Positions 1 through 9,025 of a stretch of DNA of 64,000 bases are shown here, piece by piece. The notes beneath the pieces are model-generated. The model was not told the origin of the DNA. It was given only the letters and a program-made list of their open reading frames with translations, and did no database searches. Both the position numbers and the translations under genes were made by a program. This DNA comes from Bacteroidales bacterium (GTDB taxonomy: Bacteria > Bacteroidota > Bacteroidia > Bacteroidales > WCHB1-69): positions 13,684 to 77,683 of the forward strand of contig JAEEQE010000007.1 of assembly GCA_016285145.1 (NCBI GenBank). The letters run 5' to 3'. Numbering within the stretch: position 1 is the stretch's first letter; the number at the start of each line of letters is the position of its first letter.

Positions 1-604
1 TTCTTGGAAGTATAAATGTCCAGGGTAATGCTACGCCAAACATAACAGTCCCTAATGTGAAGCAAGTTATTGATGCTGGTAAACTTTTGTTGGTTAATAT
101 TATGCCAGTAGCTATAACAGGTACAGCAAAAAAACAAGTGGCGTACGAGGCATTGATACCTTTAATATTTCTATTTATTCTACTAAAGGTGGATTCGCCT
201 AATATGAATTTTGCATCTTCTACGGATGCTACTTCCCCATTTATCTTTAATCGTGATGGAGCTGTTGGATGATATTCAAGCCATGCAGAAACAGGGGGAT
301 TGTAAGTGTTACCATCATTATTGGTTTTATTTGTTCGCAAATTTCGTAAAATTGCTGCTTTATTGGAAAGATTGGAAATGATATCCGTTTCACCATTGGC
401 ATATTTGATTTTTGAAATTTCTGATCTGTTAATTACAAAAGTGGGGCCATCCAAATAATCCCATTTTTTATACTTTATATCAGAGGAACTCACTTCAATG
501 ATTTTAACTATCAATTGAGTTGAAGTAACTTTAACGATTGTATCTTGACTGAAGGCGCTCAAAAAATACAATATGAATAGTGTTGACAACAGGAAATGTC
601 TCAT
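1..604 (-). pseudogene. Disrupted gene for a secreted/membrane protein; runs off the window at position 1
   Basis: ATG at 604-602 gives MRHFLLSTLFILYFLSAFSQD (signal peptide), but this frame hits TAA at 469-467. The sensible reading (..EVSSS/DIKYKKWDYLDGPTFVINRS/KISKIKYANGETD..) requires removing a G near 481 and restoring an A in the A4 run at 418-421. After that the original frame stays open to position 1. Confidence 0.45.
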
Positions 605-726
605 AACAGTGTTTTGCTTTGTTTTATACCATCAAGCCCGTCGGTTTTAGTTATTTAATTTGAAAAGATGCCTTTACGAAGAGCCAATGCACATAAAAAA
701 AAGCGTGGCACTTTTATGTCCTCATT

Positions 727-851
727 GGATTCCCGAGGTCTTGGACAACCTTATCCACCCAATTACAACAAACAAAGCCCACGCCGTTTGGCGAGAACGT
801 TGTCGCTTAATTCTGGGTGGATTTTGAAAGTGTCCAAGTTTCAGGGAATCC
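727..851. repeat. Nested imperfect inverted repeat (long hairpin) in an intergenic region
   Basis: Outer arms ggattccc..cttggaca (727-747) and tgtccaag..gggaatcc (831-851) match at 8+8 nt around a 5-nt bubble. Inner arms atccaccca (753-761) and tgggtggat (814-822) are perfect. No credible ORF. Confidence 0.5.
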
Positions 852-967
852 CGAACAAGCAATTTCGCTTTTTTATTCTATAATTATAATGTGCATAAAT
901 GAATTATGCGTTTTTATCATAGGCATTATTTTTCATTAGTACTCTATGTTTCTTATATTGGTTGTTT

Positions 968-1384
968 CTATCTCTGTTTGCTTCGCTCAAAAAACTCCGA
1001 CGGTGTCATTACTGGGATATCAGCATTAGCAAACCCTTTTTTATCGCGGGTTATTATCACATCAGGGTGATAGGACAATGCAGAAAAATATTGTACGGAA
1101 TCTTCAAAGTCAAAGCCTGCATTATTTATTGCTTGAATGATACTCCATTTGTCAATAGGCGTTATCTCAAAACTGTGACATAACCAGTTGATTTTCTGCA
1201 TCATTGTTTCCGTTGAATAAGCTTTGTGTAAGATATAGGCACAGTTTACAATCGTCAAAACAGATAATGACAGTTGTAATGCTTCTGTTCGCCATAATTC
1301 AAATATTTTGGCAGCATCTTGGAAAAAGGGTTCTCGTTCACCGAGGAAATCCAAAACTATATTTGTGTCAAGAAATACTTTCAT
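968..1384 (-). CDS. PIN-domain toxin (VapC-like)
   Basis: MKVFLDTNIVLDFL.. is a typical PIN N-terminus with the first acidic residue. The ATG at 1384 overlaps the upstream stop in an ATGA arrangement. The ORF track extends to an upstream Met at 1402. Confidence 0.7.
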   Translation of the reverse strand: MKVFLDTNIVLDFLGEREPFFQDAAKIFELWRTEALQLSLSVLTIVNCAYILHKAYSTETMMQKINWLCHSFEITPIDKWSIIQAINNAGFDFEDSVQYFSALSYHPDVIITRDKKGFANADIPVMTPSEFFERSKQR

Positions 1385-1671
1385 TTTGCCCATTCTTCCC
1401 ACATTTTGTCCAGTTCTTTTTCCTCATCAAAACCTTCGGGCAGAGGCCCACAGCTCATTGCCAATATTTCAGGAGAGGGCTTAAAATCATCACCGATATT
1501 AGGAAAAACCAATTTTTCACTTGATTTTCTCGGTTTTTTCTCTTTGTTTTCAAGTAATTTGTCTGCAAGCCAATGCCGGTCGTCATACGACAAAGCTAGT
1601 CCTTGTAGATAGTTCCACAAGTTTCCCATTGCAGCGGATGCTTGGTATGTTGAAGTTTTTCCCATTTCCAA
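1381..1671 (-). CDS. Putative antitoxin partner of the PIN toxin (family not recognised)
   Basis: 96-aa acidic ORF directly upstream of the PIN gene and translationally coupled to it by a 4-nt ATGA overlap. Confidence 0.5.
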   Translation of the reverse strand: MEMGKTSTYQASAAMGNLWNYLQGLALSYDDRHWLADKLLENKEKKPRKSSEKLVFPNIGDDFKPSPEILAMSCGPLPEGFDEEKELDKMWEEWAK

Positions 1672-1695
1672 AATAACCTTTAATTATTCAGTTTG

Positions 1696-1703
1696 CAAAA
1701 ATA
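1696..1703 (-). promoter_or_regulatory. Bacteroidota -7 promoter box (TATTTTTG) for the TA pair
   Basis: Plus strand reads caaaaata, which matches TAnnTTTG on the minus strand, 25 nt upstream of the ATG at 1671. Confidence 0.4.
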
Positions 1704-1879
1704 AACTTTTTCTTCATAAACACCACCGAAGTGAAAAGTGTTTTTTGCAGGGTCTCGTTATGACGATTATTAAGAAAAACATAGCATTGTTCATGGCTTG
1801 ACGAGACTGGGTAGGCTATTGGATGCTAACGAAACATTCAAATGGCATTTGCCAGAATGTTGTAGTATGCTTTCACCAC

Positions 1880-2236
1880 TTATTTTACAATGAAGAAAAC
1901 CCCAATCATGATGATGACGACCCCGATCCAGCGGGTGAGTGGCACGGCTTCGTGGAAGACGAACTGTGCGGCTATCAGCCCGATGATATAGCTGATGGAC
2001 AGCAATGGGTATGCCACGCTGAACTCGTAGTGCTTCAGCACGTACATCCAGACCAGCATGGCCGACAGGGCGCAGAGGCCCGATGCCGCGAACTGCCAAG
2101 TGGTGAATACCGTCTTGAAATAGGTCCACGACCAAGAAAAACTCCCAAACAGCTCCACGGAAATCTTTAAGAAGGATTGTGCGGCCACTAACAGGATAGA
2201 TTGTACTATAATCAATATGATGAGTAGGATGGTCAT
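1880..2236 (-). CDS. Small EamA/DMT-type membrane protein (ArnE/ArnF-like half transporter)
   Basis: 118 aa with about four hydrophobic helices. ATGA overlap with the stop of the upstream KS-CLF gene (2233-2236). Confidence 0.5.
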   Translation of the reverse strand: MTILLIILIIVQSILLVAAQSFLKISVELFGSFSWSWTYFKTVFTTWQFAASGLCALSAMLVWMYVLKHYEFSVAYPLLSISYIIGLIAAQFVFHEAVPLTRWIGVVIIMIGVFFIVK

Positions 2237-4515
2237 TTTGATAGGAGTGTTAGGGTTTGGTCTTTGTTTTTAAAATGATTGAAGACCAAGATATTATTCG
2301 GATTTTGAATTTCGGGGGCGGGATAGTAGAGCAGGTGTTGGGGAATGCGTCCGCGATGCAGGCTGACGGCTCCGGCATAGAGTCCAAAGGCGGATGCGCA
2401 GAAGGATTCACCGAAAAGATGCTTGTACCAGACGATGGGAATGTCGGGACAGAACTTCTGATGGAAATCTTTATATATGAGGTCGTTGTCTTTGTCCCCG
2501 CTGATGCCCATGACCACGGCATCCACATCGGAAATCGTAATGCCGGCGTGGTTGAGCATTTCTTGCAGGATGTCACGCATCTCCTCATCGGAAGGGTGGT
2601 ACAACATCCTCATGTCGCGGATAGCGCAGAGAGTGTTGCCGTCCCGCTGGTTGGTGAGCAGCATGTTCAGCGAGCAGCTGCCCGAGAACGAACCTTGCCG
2701 GTCGGAGGCCCGAAGCGCGTCGGGCGAAATGTTTCCGTTTCTCCAATATCCGATCTTGCCCAACATCTCGAAATAGGCGGGGGTCATCTCCTCCTGACCG
2801 CCCACGAGGGCGTTGCGGATGTGTCCGTGGCGAATTTGGGTGAGTGCGTCCAACAACCCGCTGTCAAAGGAGGTGCCCCGGTGAGAGTAGGTGCAATTGT
2901 ATCCGTGGCATTGGAGTTGGAGTGCCACCTGCGAGCTGATGGTGTTGTGCGTCGATTGCATGAAATAGGTGGGCTGCAGGTACTCCTCGCCGTTTTCTAA
3001 CATGGAGACAAGGAATTTCTCCGTGTTCTCGATACATCCCAATCCTGTGCCTGAGATAATAGCCTCCGGGACAGTCTCCCCTAAGGCCTGTTTGGCGGTG
3101 ACGATAGCCCGTTTGAGCAGTTTCCCGAGCCGGCGGGCCACCATAGGCGGAAAATGGTTTTTATAGTCGGGATCGATGGATTCGTTGAAGGGTTTCGTGT
3201 GCAGTAGTGGCTTGTCGAACCAGTCGTCGCAAAGCGGCTCTTGGATGGAGATTTGCGACGCCGACTGAATGTAGCAGGGTGAAGTTTCAGGGAACGGGAC
3301 GAAGGGAGTGGCATATTCGGGAATGGAGAAGATGCAGGAGGAGTCGTTGCCTCCGAAGCCGAATGAGTTGGTAAGCACATGACGTAATCTGGCATGTTGG
3401 ACGACATGATCCACCGGACGGAAGTTGTGTTCCGCGATGGCGTTTTGGAATCCGAGGTTGGCAGGAATGAACTGATGTTGCAGCGCCAGGATGGAGATGA
3501 CGCTTTCCACGCCACCGGCGGCACTGGTGGTGTGTCCGGTATAGGATTTTGTGGATGAGACGGGTGGCACCGTGTCGCCGAATATGCGCATCATGGCGAT
3601 GCCCTCACATTCGTCGTTGTTGCCGGTTCCGGTGCCGTGCGCGTTGATGTAGTCGATGTCGGACGGTTGCAGGCCGCTCTGTTCCAATGCATGACGCATG
3701 GATAGGAAGGGCCCTTCGCCGTTAGGGGAGGTGGCGGTCTGGTGATAGGCGTCGCAGGCGTTGCCGTAGCCGGAAAGAACGCACAAGGGCTTGACGTTGC
3801 GCTCGCGGGCACTCTCCGAACTCTCGATCACAAGGTAGGCGGCCCCTTCACCGAGGTTCAGCCCGTGACGGTCCGCATCAAAGGGACGGCAAGGTTGAGG
3901 ATCTAAGATCATCAGGGTGTTGAAGCCGTTCAGATGGAAGGCGGAGAGGCACTCGGTGCCACCCACAACGGCCATGTCCACCTGTCCCGATTGGATTAGG
4001 TCGGCCCCCAGGATGATGGCGTTGGCCGCCGAGGAGCAGGCAGTGGAGATGGTGGTGATGAGGCTGAACTTGCCGGCATACTCTTCGGCAATCAGGTCGG
4101 TACAGGCCCCGCAGTCGTGCATGGCGATGTACTCCTTGTGCTCTTCGTTGGTGCGGAAATCACGGTAGTAGCGTTCGCTCTTCTCCATGCCGCCGACGGT
4201 GTTGCCGGAGATGAAGGCGATGCGCTTCCGGTCGGCGGCATCGGTCAGGCGGGCGTCCTCGATGGCTTCACGCAGGGCCACACGGCCCAGCAGGGATGTG
4301 CGGGTGATGATACGGTCATCCGGGAATCCGATGAGCACCCGTAGCTCCTCGTCGCTGTAGGGGACCTCGCCCACGGGCAGGTCCTTGTGCCGGGTTTGCA
4401 GATGACGGATGGGGGCGATGACCCGCTCTCCGGCCATCAGCATACGGAGGGTGGCCTCTTTGCCTGCCCCCAAAGCGGAAATGATCCCCATGCCGGTCAC
4501 TACAATGCTGCCCAT
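2233..4515 (-). CDS. Fused beta-ketoacyl synthase and chain-length-factor-like domain (KS-CLF)
   Basis: N-terminal half carries the KS active site (TACSSAAN, NAHGTGT, GHTTSAAG, NSFGFGGNDSS). C-terminal half is thiolase-like without the catalytic Cys (GTGLGCIENTEKF, STHNTISSQVAL). Confidence 0.85.
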   Translation of the reverse strand: MGSIVVTGMGIISALGAGKEATLRMLMAGERVIAPIRHLQTRHKDLPVGEVPYSDEELRVLIGFPDDRIITRTSLLGRVALREAIEDARLTDAADRKRIAFISGNTVGGMEKSERYYRDFRTNEEHKEYIAMHDCGACTDLIAEEYAGKFSLITTISTACSSAANAIILGADLIQSGQVDMAVVGGTECLSAFHLNGFNTLMILDPQPCRPFDADRHGLNLGEGAAYLVIESSESARERNVKPLCVLSGYGNACDAYHQTATSPNGEGPFLSMRHALEQSGLQPSDIDYINAHGTGTGNNDECEGIAMMRIFGDTVPPVSSTKSYTGHTTSAAGGVESVISILALQHQFIPANLGFQNAIAEHNFRPVDHVVQHARLRHVLTNSFGFGGNDSSCIFSIPEYATPFVPFPETSPCYIQSASQISIQEPLCDDWFDKPLLHTKPFNESIDPDYKNHFPPMVARRLGKLLKRAIVTAKQALGETVPEAIISGTGLGCIENTEKFLVSMLENGEEYLQPTYFMQSTHNTISSQVALQLQCHGYNCTYSHRGTSFDSGLLDALTQIRHGHIRNALVGGQEEMTPAYFEMLGKIGYWRNGNISPDALRASDRQGSFSGSCSLNMLLTNQRDGNTLCAIRDMRMLYHPSDEEMRDILQEMLNHAGITISDVDAVVMGISGDKDNDLIYKDFHQKFCPDIPIVWYKHLFGESFCASAFGLYAGAVSLHRGRIPQHLLYYPAPEIQNPNNILVFNHFKNKDQTLTLLSK

Positions 4516-4521
4516 GACGTT

Positions 4522-4779
4522 TTATTTTGTGCGGTTCGCTTGGATGTATTCAGCCATGACACGCACGGATTTGAAAATCTCCTTGCCTTGTTCGGCGTTG
4601 GCTAATTTGATACCGTAGTTCTTGTCCATGAGCACGATGAGTTCCAGTGCGTCAATGGAGTCCAGTCCGAGGCCTTCCCCGAAGAGGGGGGCGTTTTCGT
4701 CAATATCGGCAGGCGTCATGCCTTCCAAGTTCAACACGTCAATAATGCCTTCTTTTAATTCTAAAATCAATTCTTCCAT
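4522..4779 (-). CDS. Acyl carrier protein
   Basis: 85 aa with the phosphopantetheine-site motif LGLDSIDALELI. Confidence 0.85.
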   Translation of the reverse strand: MEELILELKEGIIDVLNLEGMTPADIDENAPLFGEGLGLDSIDALELIVLMDKNYGIKLANAEQGKEIFKSVRVMAEYIQANRTK

Positions 4780-4827
4780 GTTATTGTCTTATATTAAATT
4801 ATGAAAAATTCTCTAAACTCTAAACCC

Positions 4828-6612
4828 TCAACTCTCAACTGATTGATAAAGGAACATCCTCACATCACATTTCCCCTCGTCATAGTCCACCCATCCGCAG
4901 ATGATATGGGTCAACTCGGGATTCGCGGCGAAACACTGGTTCATCGTTTTTTGCATCAAATCAGGAGGAAGGGCTGGAAGCACATAGAAAGAGCTTTCGC
5001 CTCCGATTTTGTGCCGGATGGCAATCTCGCCGGTGACGATGTTGGCTAATGTATAGACGAAGATGGCCGGGCTGGGGTAGTAGCTGTCCGCATCTTGGAT
5101 GGTGGCCTGGTAATGGCGGTCGTCATCCAGAGAGGATGCCTGGTTCATCAACACCACGGCCCAGTCGGGCTTCACCGTCTCGCGGTCAAAATTTACATCT
5201 TTGAGCAGGAGTTCTGCCGCTAAGGTGCCGGCCTTGCACAAGTTGTCCATCTTGAAGAATTTGGGATATTGCATCCCGATGGCGTGGTAGATGTCGGCCA
5301 GCCAGCTGTCGCATTGTGCCCCGCGGGTGACGATGGTTTTTCCGTTCAAAACGACGGTGTCATCGTTGATTTGGCATTCGGAAATCACGGAAATTGTCGG
5401 TTTTTCCTGTTGTGGAAATGCGGCTAATCGCGTCTCTGTGGATGATGAATCGTTGGTTGTGATGTTTGATATGTGGTTTTCCATCAGCAGTGCCGCGTTA
5501 CTGCCGCCGAAGCCGGAGATGAGCTTCAGGAAGGTGTTGCCGTTGGTGGGTTGGGTTTGCAGGCTCACGTTGAGGCTTTGGGTGGTGCCGGGTTGTTCGG
5601 TGCCGAGTGTTTTGAGGATGGTGTGATGCTTGATGGCTTGGTGCGACAGGATGGTCTCCAGTACGCCGGCAGCGCCTAATGTGTGTCCGAAGTAGCCTTT
5701 CATGCTGTTGACGGGTGTGTCTTGCAGGCCTGCGCGGTTGACAGCCACTGATTCCATGTCGTCGTTGTACAGAGTGGCGGTGCCGTGGGCGTTGATGAAG
5801 GCCAGACGCGAAAGGTCGTGCCCGTCGGAGACTTTTCGGATGGAGCGCAACAGCCCTTCGCCCGTGCGGGAGGGACCGGAGATGTGGTTGGCATCGTTGT
5901 TGATGGCTCCGGCACGGAGAATCATAGTGTTGTCGGGCAGGAGGATATCATCTTCATCAATGGTATAGACGATGGCGGCGGCAGCTTCTCCCAGATTGAG
6001 GCCACAGCGGTTCGCGTCGAAGGGTTTGCATCGCTCTTTTGAGAGGGCTTTGAACGACTGGAAGCCGGAAACGATGAATTTGGAAAGTGTCTCGGCCCCG
6101 ATGACCACGGCATATTTGTAGCCGTCGTGACGGAGCAAGTTGGCGGCCGTTATCTGGGCGGCGCATCCGGAGATGCAGGCGTTACTGACCACCACCGGGG
6201 TGTTGGGGTTGTCGAAAAACTCGGCGATGAGCTGTGCCGAACGCCACAGATAGACGCGCTCCGGTTCGTAGGGATTGTTTTCTAACAGATCCACATTGCC
6301 CTTGGTGGTGGAGAGGATGAAGATGACATTGTCGCGGTCGGCGGCGATGTTGGCCTCCCTGATGGCCTGACTGGCGGCGATGATGGCGGCCTTCTCCATC
6401 CGGGTGTAACCGGCAGTGCCACAATCCCACAGGGCGCTGAAAGCCTGGTCAAGGCGCTCCTCGTCAAAAAGGGAGAGGAAAGAGGGTTCGGGCAGCCCGA
6501 AGGCATGTTCGTAGTATTGCAGGCGGCTCTCTCCGCGAAGCACGGCTTCGAAGTTGCCGTGACTGGTCATGGCAAGGGGGGAAATGATGCTGTCTCCAAT
6601 ACTGTAAATCAT
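4828..6612 (-). CDS. Beta-ketoacyl synthase with a C-terminal degenerate thiolase-like domain
   Basis: Motifs SNACISGCAA, NAHGTAT, GHTLGAAG and SGFGGSNAALLME, followed by a ~200-aa tail. The ATG at 6612 (MIYSIGDSIISPL) is preferred over the GTG at 6633 because a -7 box sits at 6652-6659. Confidence 0.8.
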   Translation of the reverse strand: MIYSIGDSIISPLAMTSHGNFEAVLRGESRLQYYEHAFGLPEPSFLSLFDEERLDQAFSALWDCGTAGYTRMEKAAIIAASQAIREANIAADRDNVIFILSTTKGNVDLLENNPYEPERVYLWRSAQLIAEFFDNPNTPVVVSNACISGCAAQITAANLLRHDGYKYAVVIGAETLSKFIVSGFQSFKALSKERCKPFDANRCGLNLGEAAAAIVYTIDEDDILLPDNTMILRAGAINNDANHISGPSRTGEGLLRSIRKVSDGHDLSRLAFINAHGTATLYNDDMESVAVNRAGLQDTPVNSMKGYFGHTLGAAGVLETILSHQAIKHHTILKTLGTEQPGTTQSLNVSLQTQPTNGNTFLKLISGFGGSNAALLMENHISNITTNDSSSTETRLAAFPQQEKPTISVISECQINDDTVVLNGKTIVTRGAQCDSWLADIYHAIGMQYPKFFKMDNLCKAGTLAAELLLKDVNFDRETVKPDWAVVLMNQASSLDDDRHYQATIQDADSYYPSPAIFVYTLANIVTGEIAIRHKIGGESSFYVLPALPPDLMQKTMNQCFAANPELTHIICGWVDYDEGKCDVRMFLYQSVES

Positions 6613-6651
6613 ACACTTATGTGTAAAAACCACCTAATTTAAAATTGGGCG

Positions 6652-6659
6652 CAAATATA
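6652..6659 (-). promoter_or_regulatory. -7 promoter box (TATATTTG) for the KS/ACP/KS-CLF/EamA operon
   Basis: Plus strand reads caaatata, about 40 nt upstream of the ATG at 6612. Confidence 0.4.
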
Positions 6660-6754
6660 CAAAAATTCGGCAATTATGGAGACATCCCCCACGTTAGAAC
6701 GTGATCAGGTTGTCGTTTTTTTCTTTTTTACTATAAAAATTATTGAAATATTCT

Positions 6755-6762
6755 TATCTTTG
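6755..6762 (+). promoter_or_regulatory. -7 promoter box (TATCTTTG) with no downstream protein gene
   Basis: The context ttcttatctttgcagcg is the same as the promoters at 8749, 34800 and 60427. Confidence 0.4.
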
Positions 6763-6768
6763 CAGCGT

Positions 6769-6871
6769 TGTTTCAGCACGTTTAGGACGTATAGCGTCAC
6801 GACCTTCACAATGGTAGCAGATAGCACTGAAAGACTTACGGAACCGCACTATCTGGTGCGGTTCTTGTTTT
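6769..6871 (+). ncRNA. Candidate ~100-nt small RNA (promoter-to-terminator unit), antisense to the 3' end of the 6836..7261 gene
   Basis: The -7 box at 6755-6762 is followed ~80 nt later by a perfect 9-bp hairpin (gaaccgcac/gtgcggttc, 6841-6864) and then ttgtttt. There is no credible ORF. No known RNA family was recognised. Confidence 0.3.
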
Positions 6872-7261
6872 ATAAAATGTTTTTGTGGCGAGTCTTTTGC
6901 GTCCAGTTCTGGTGCATTCCACATAGTAATATTCTTTGTCAAGAACTTTACGATAAACTATTGTATCAGGGTACTTGCCCATCATAATATCATCAGCTGC
7001 AGCTATAATCATTGGTATCAGGCAAAAATCGGCTTCTGTTATGTCAGGGTGTTTTTTCTGAATATGTTTCACCGCCGAAATGTCTATCATCCGCTGAAAC
7101 CCTGTCACATCACAATTGAGCAGGGCGTTTAATGTTACAATCTCTTTAGGGGTTGGCACTCCTATAATTACCCAACGATTGTTCTCCCATTTTGTGTTCT
7201 TTGCTTCTCGCACGAGTTTGAGAATACGTTCCTCAATGCTGATAAAATCCTGTATTTCCAT
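6836..7261 (-). CDS. Stand-alone PBECR-type (barnase/EndoU/RelE-fold) putative nuclease-domain protein
   Basis: The pattern ..IDISAVKHIQKKHPDITEADFCLIPMIIAAADDI.. resembles the xxHIxxxHxxxIxxxDxxxIPxxI core of phage PBECR domains, as I recall it. AT-rich codon usage. Confidence 0.4.
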   Translation of the reverse strand: MEIQDFISIEERILKLVREAKNTKWENNRWVIIGVPTPKEIVTLNALLNCDVTGFQRMIDISAVKHIQKKHPDITEADFCLIPMIIAAADDIMMGKYPDTIVYRKVLDKEYYYVECTRTGRKRLATKTFYKTRTAPDSAVP

Positions 7262-7308
7262 AACATCACTTTTCTTTACTATCTTTTTTAACAGCGTTAG
7301 ATAAAATG

Positions 7309-7316
7309 CAAAGATA
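7309..7316 (-). promoter_or_regulatory. -7 promoter box (TATCTTTG) for the PBECR-like gene
   Basis: Plus strand reads caaagata, 48 nt upstream of the ATG at 7261. Confidence 0.4.
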
Positions 7317-7363
7317 ATATTTTAATAATAAATCCTATACTGTTTATTTAAAATATTGATTCT

Positions 7364-7665
7364 GTGCCCATATCGAGGCAAAAGCTCGGTAGGAATGCGC
7401 CTGCGCATACAATATTGCGGCGCGGAGGGACGTGGGGAGATTCCGCCGCTCCTTTCGTCGCCGGCGGAATGGTGCAAACCTCACTTGCTGTTCAGGCGGC
7501 GGTAGACGGCCTTTCCCAAGAAAACAAATTCTTGTGCCGCCGCATTCTTGTTTTGGCCTACGCGCACCATTCCGCGAAATGCAATAGCGTTGAGCGGAAT
7601 CCCCAAATATTCAGTAAACCGCAAATCGAAAAAATCACTACCTTTGCCCCCGCAATGAACCGACT
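7364..7665 (+). repeat. Mosaic structured intergenic repeat (family A copy, with a family-B-like head)
   Basis: 7425-7662 aligns with 41895-42135 (gggacgtggggagattccgccgctcc..cggcggaatggtgca..caccattccgcgaaa..gttgagcggaatcccc..accgcaaatcgaaaaaa.cactacctttgcccc). It contains the hairpins attccgccg/cggcggaat and attccgc/gcggaat and ends in a TACCTTTG box (7639-7646). Confidence 0.75.
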
Positions 7666-7986
7666 TCGCACATATAGCCCCACCACCTCCCGCCGCGCGT
7701 TTCCTGCGCCGCCCGCGCAGGCGTACGCGCCTGCCAGTAGAACGCAGAGGCGCGGGAACTCCCATAGAGGCGCGGGAACTCCCATACTGACTACTGTTCA
7801 CTGATTACTGCTCACTGGACTCACACCTTCTCCGCAAAAGAAAAGGACACCGAAACCGGCTTTTCAGTTACCTCGCTGCGCTCGGGTTCCTCCTTTTCGC
7901 TCAGCCAAACCCAGACAAGTTCGGTTTGGCATTCGCTCATGCGTCGGTTTGGCGCAAGGTATTATTAAAAAATAAGTGTTTTTGTT

Positions 7987-8637
7987 ATGAAAAGAGTCAT
8001 GACACTTTTGGCAATCCTGACGACAGCCGTGCTCTCTTCGGCTCAGAACGACAATGGTCGCTATGGCAACATCTTGTTTTCCTATGAAATAAGACAAATG
8101 GATAGTGTGATTTTTGTTGATAAAATTGCCAACCAGCCAACAACGGCGATATGTGTTGAAAAGAAAAACCTGTTAAAATTTGCAGATAAGGATTCTTCCT
8201 TCTATACCTACTGGGAAGTACTGCCGGATGCATTCAGGTTTTTGGATCCGGACTGGTTTCCTTTTATTTTCCATTATGTTATACCGTCCATTTCGGACAC
8301 AGCTGTCGTTTCAACAATAAAAAAACAATATTTTGAAAACGGGTTATGCAAAGTTGGATATAGTGACCTGTGGGGTGGCAGCCAACGCGAGCGTATTCCT
8401 TTCCATAATCTTACATATTCCTATTTGAATTGTAATCATTATTTGGTTTTGTTGATGCCATACAGGTTTTATGACGAACATGTGGAGTATTTATGTATTC
8501 TTGATTATGATACTCCTACTAAAAGACATTCCCAAACAGCCTTGCTGAAAACACCATTTGCCGAAGGATTCTATATAAAGTTGCTGTTGCCGTTGTTCTA
8601 TTATCAAGATTCCGCAAACAAAAATGTATCAGAATAA
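7987..8637 (+). CDS. Hypothetical secreted protein
   Basis: Signal peptide MKRVMTLLAILTTAVLSSAQ. AT-rich codon usage. No family recognised. Confidence 0.5.
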   Translation: MKRVMTLLAILTTAVLSSAQNDNGRYGNILFSYEIRQMDSVIFVDKIANQPTTAICVEKKNLLKFADKDSSFYTYWEVLPDAFRFLDPDWFPFIFHYVIPSISDTAVVSTIKKQYFENGLCKVGYSDLWGGSQRERIPFHNLTYSYLNCNHYLVLLMPYRFYDEHVEYLCILDYDTPTKRHSQTALLKTPFAEGFYIKLLLPLFYYQDSANKNVSE

Positions 8638-8748
8638 TTTTATACCAACCCCAATAACCAACTGCCTTAACTCCTTAGTTCCTTAACTTCTTAACTATAG
8701 CCCCAACTGCCAATGGCCAACCGTCAATCCCACGTCTTCAATTTTTAT

Positions 8749-8756
8749 TACCTTTG
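8749..8756 (+). promoter_or_regulatory. -7 promoter box (TACCTTTG)
   Basis: The sequence ttattacctttgcagcg lies ~25 nt upstream of the small lipoprotein ORF. Confidence 0.4.
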
Positions 8757-8782
8757 CAGCGGATTTTAAAATGATACAGATT

Positions 8783-9025
8783 ATGAAACGATTCCTGCTT
8801 ATAATGGCAGCGGTGGCCGGTATAGGCCTCCTCTTTTCAGCCTGCACCAAACAGTGCAACTGCCATAAGATTACACATTATGAAACCTATAGCACAGAAC
8901 AGTATTATACCGAAACGATTGATATGGAAGAGTCGTGCAACCGTTTCAACGGCGAATTTTTCCATGAGGATATGTACGGCAATACAGTCAGTGTGGATGT
9001 GGTGACCTGCACGAATGCCATGTAG
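8783..9025 (+). CDS. Small Cys-rich lipoprotein (hypothetical)
   Basis: MKRFLLIMAAVAGIGLLFSAC looks like a lipoprotein signal. The ORF track starts 4 codons earlier, at 8771. Confidence 0.45.
   Translation: MKRFLLIMAAVAGIGLLFSACTKQCNCHKITHYETYSTEQYYTETIDMEESCNRFNGEFFHEDMYGNTVSVDVVTCTNAM

Noticed and set aside
727-851. SRP (4.5S) RNA or tRNA-like gene
   Set aside because: No helix-8 GGAAGCAGC-type motif, no T-loop GGTTCGAATCC-type motif, and no acceptor or anticodon architecture.
6676-6987. 103-aa plus-strand ORF overlapping the sRNA candidate and the PBECR-like gene
   Set aside because: It starts upstream of the -7 box, reads through a terminator hairpin and is antisense to a better-supported gene. 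It has a low-complexity Phe/Leu-rich translation.
7364-7804. ORFs inside the mosaic repeats (7364..7804 +, 7481..7801 -, 35786..36310 -, 35883..36320 -, 32809..33111 +, 41777..42148 +; the C-terminal part of 32628..33245 and the N-terminal part of 41148..42182)
   Set aside because: They coincide with multi-copy non-coding repeat blocks found in both orientations. They are Arg/Ala/Pro/Cys-rich and change frame between copies.
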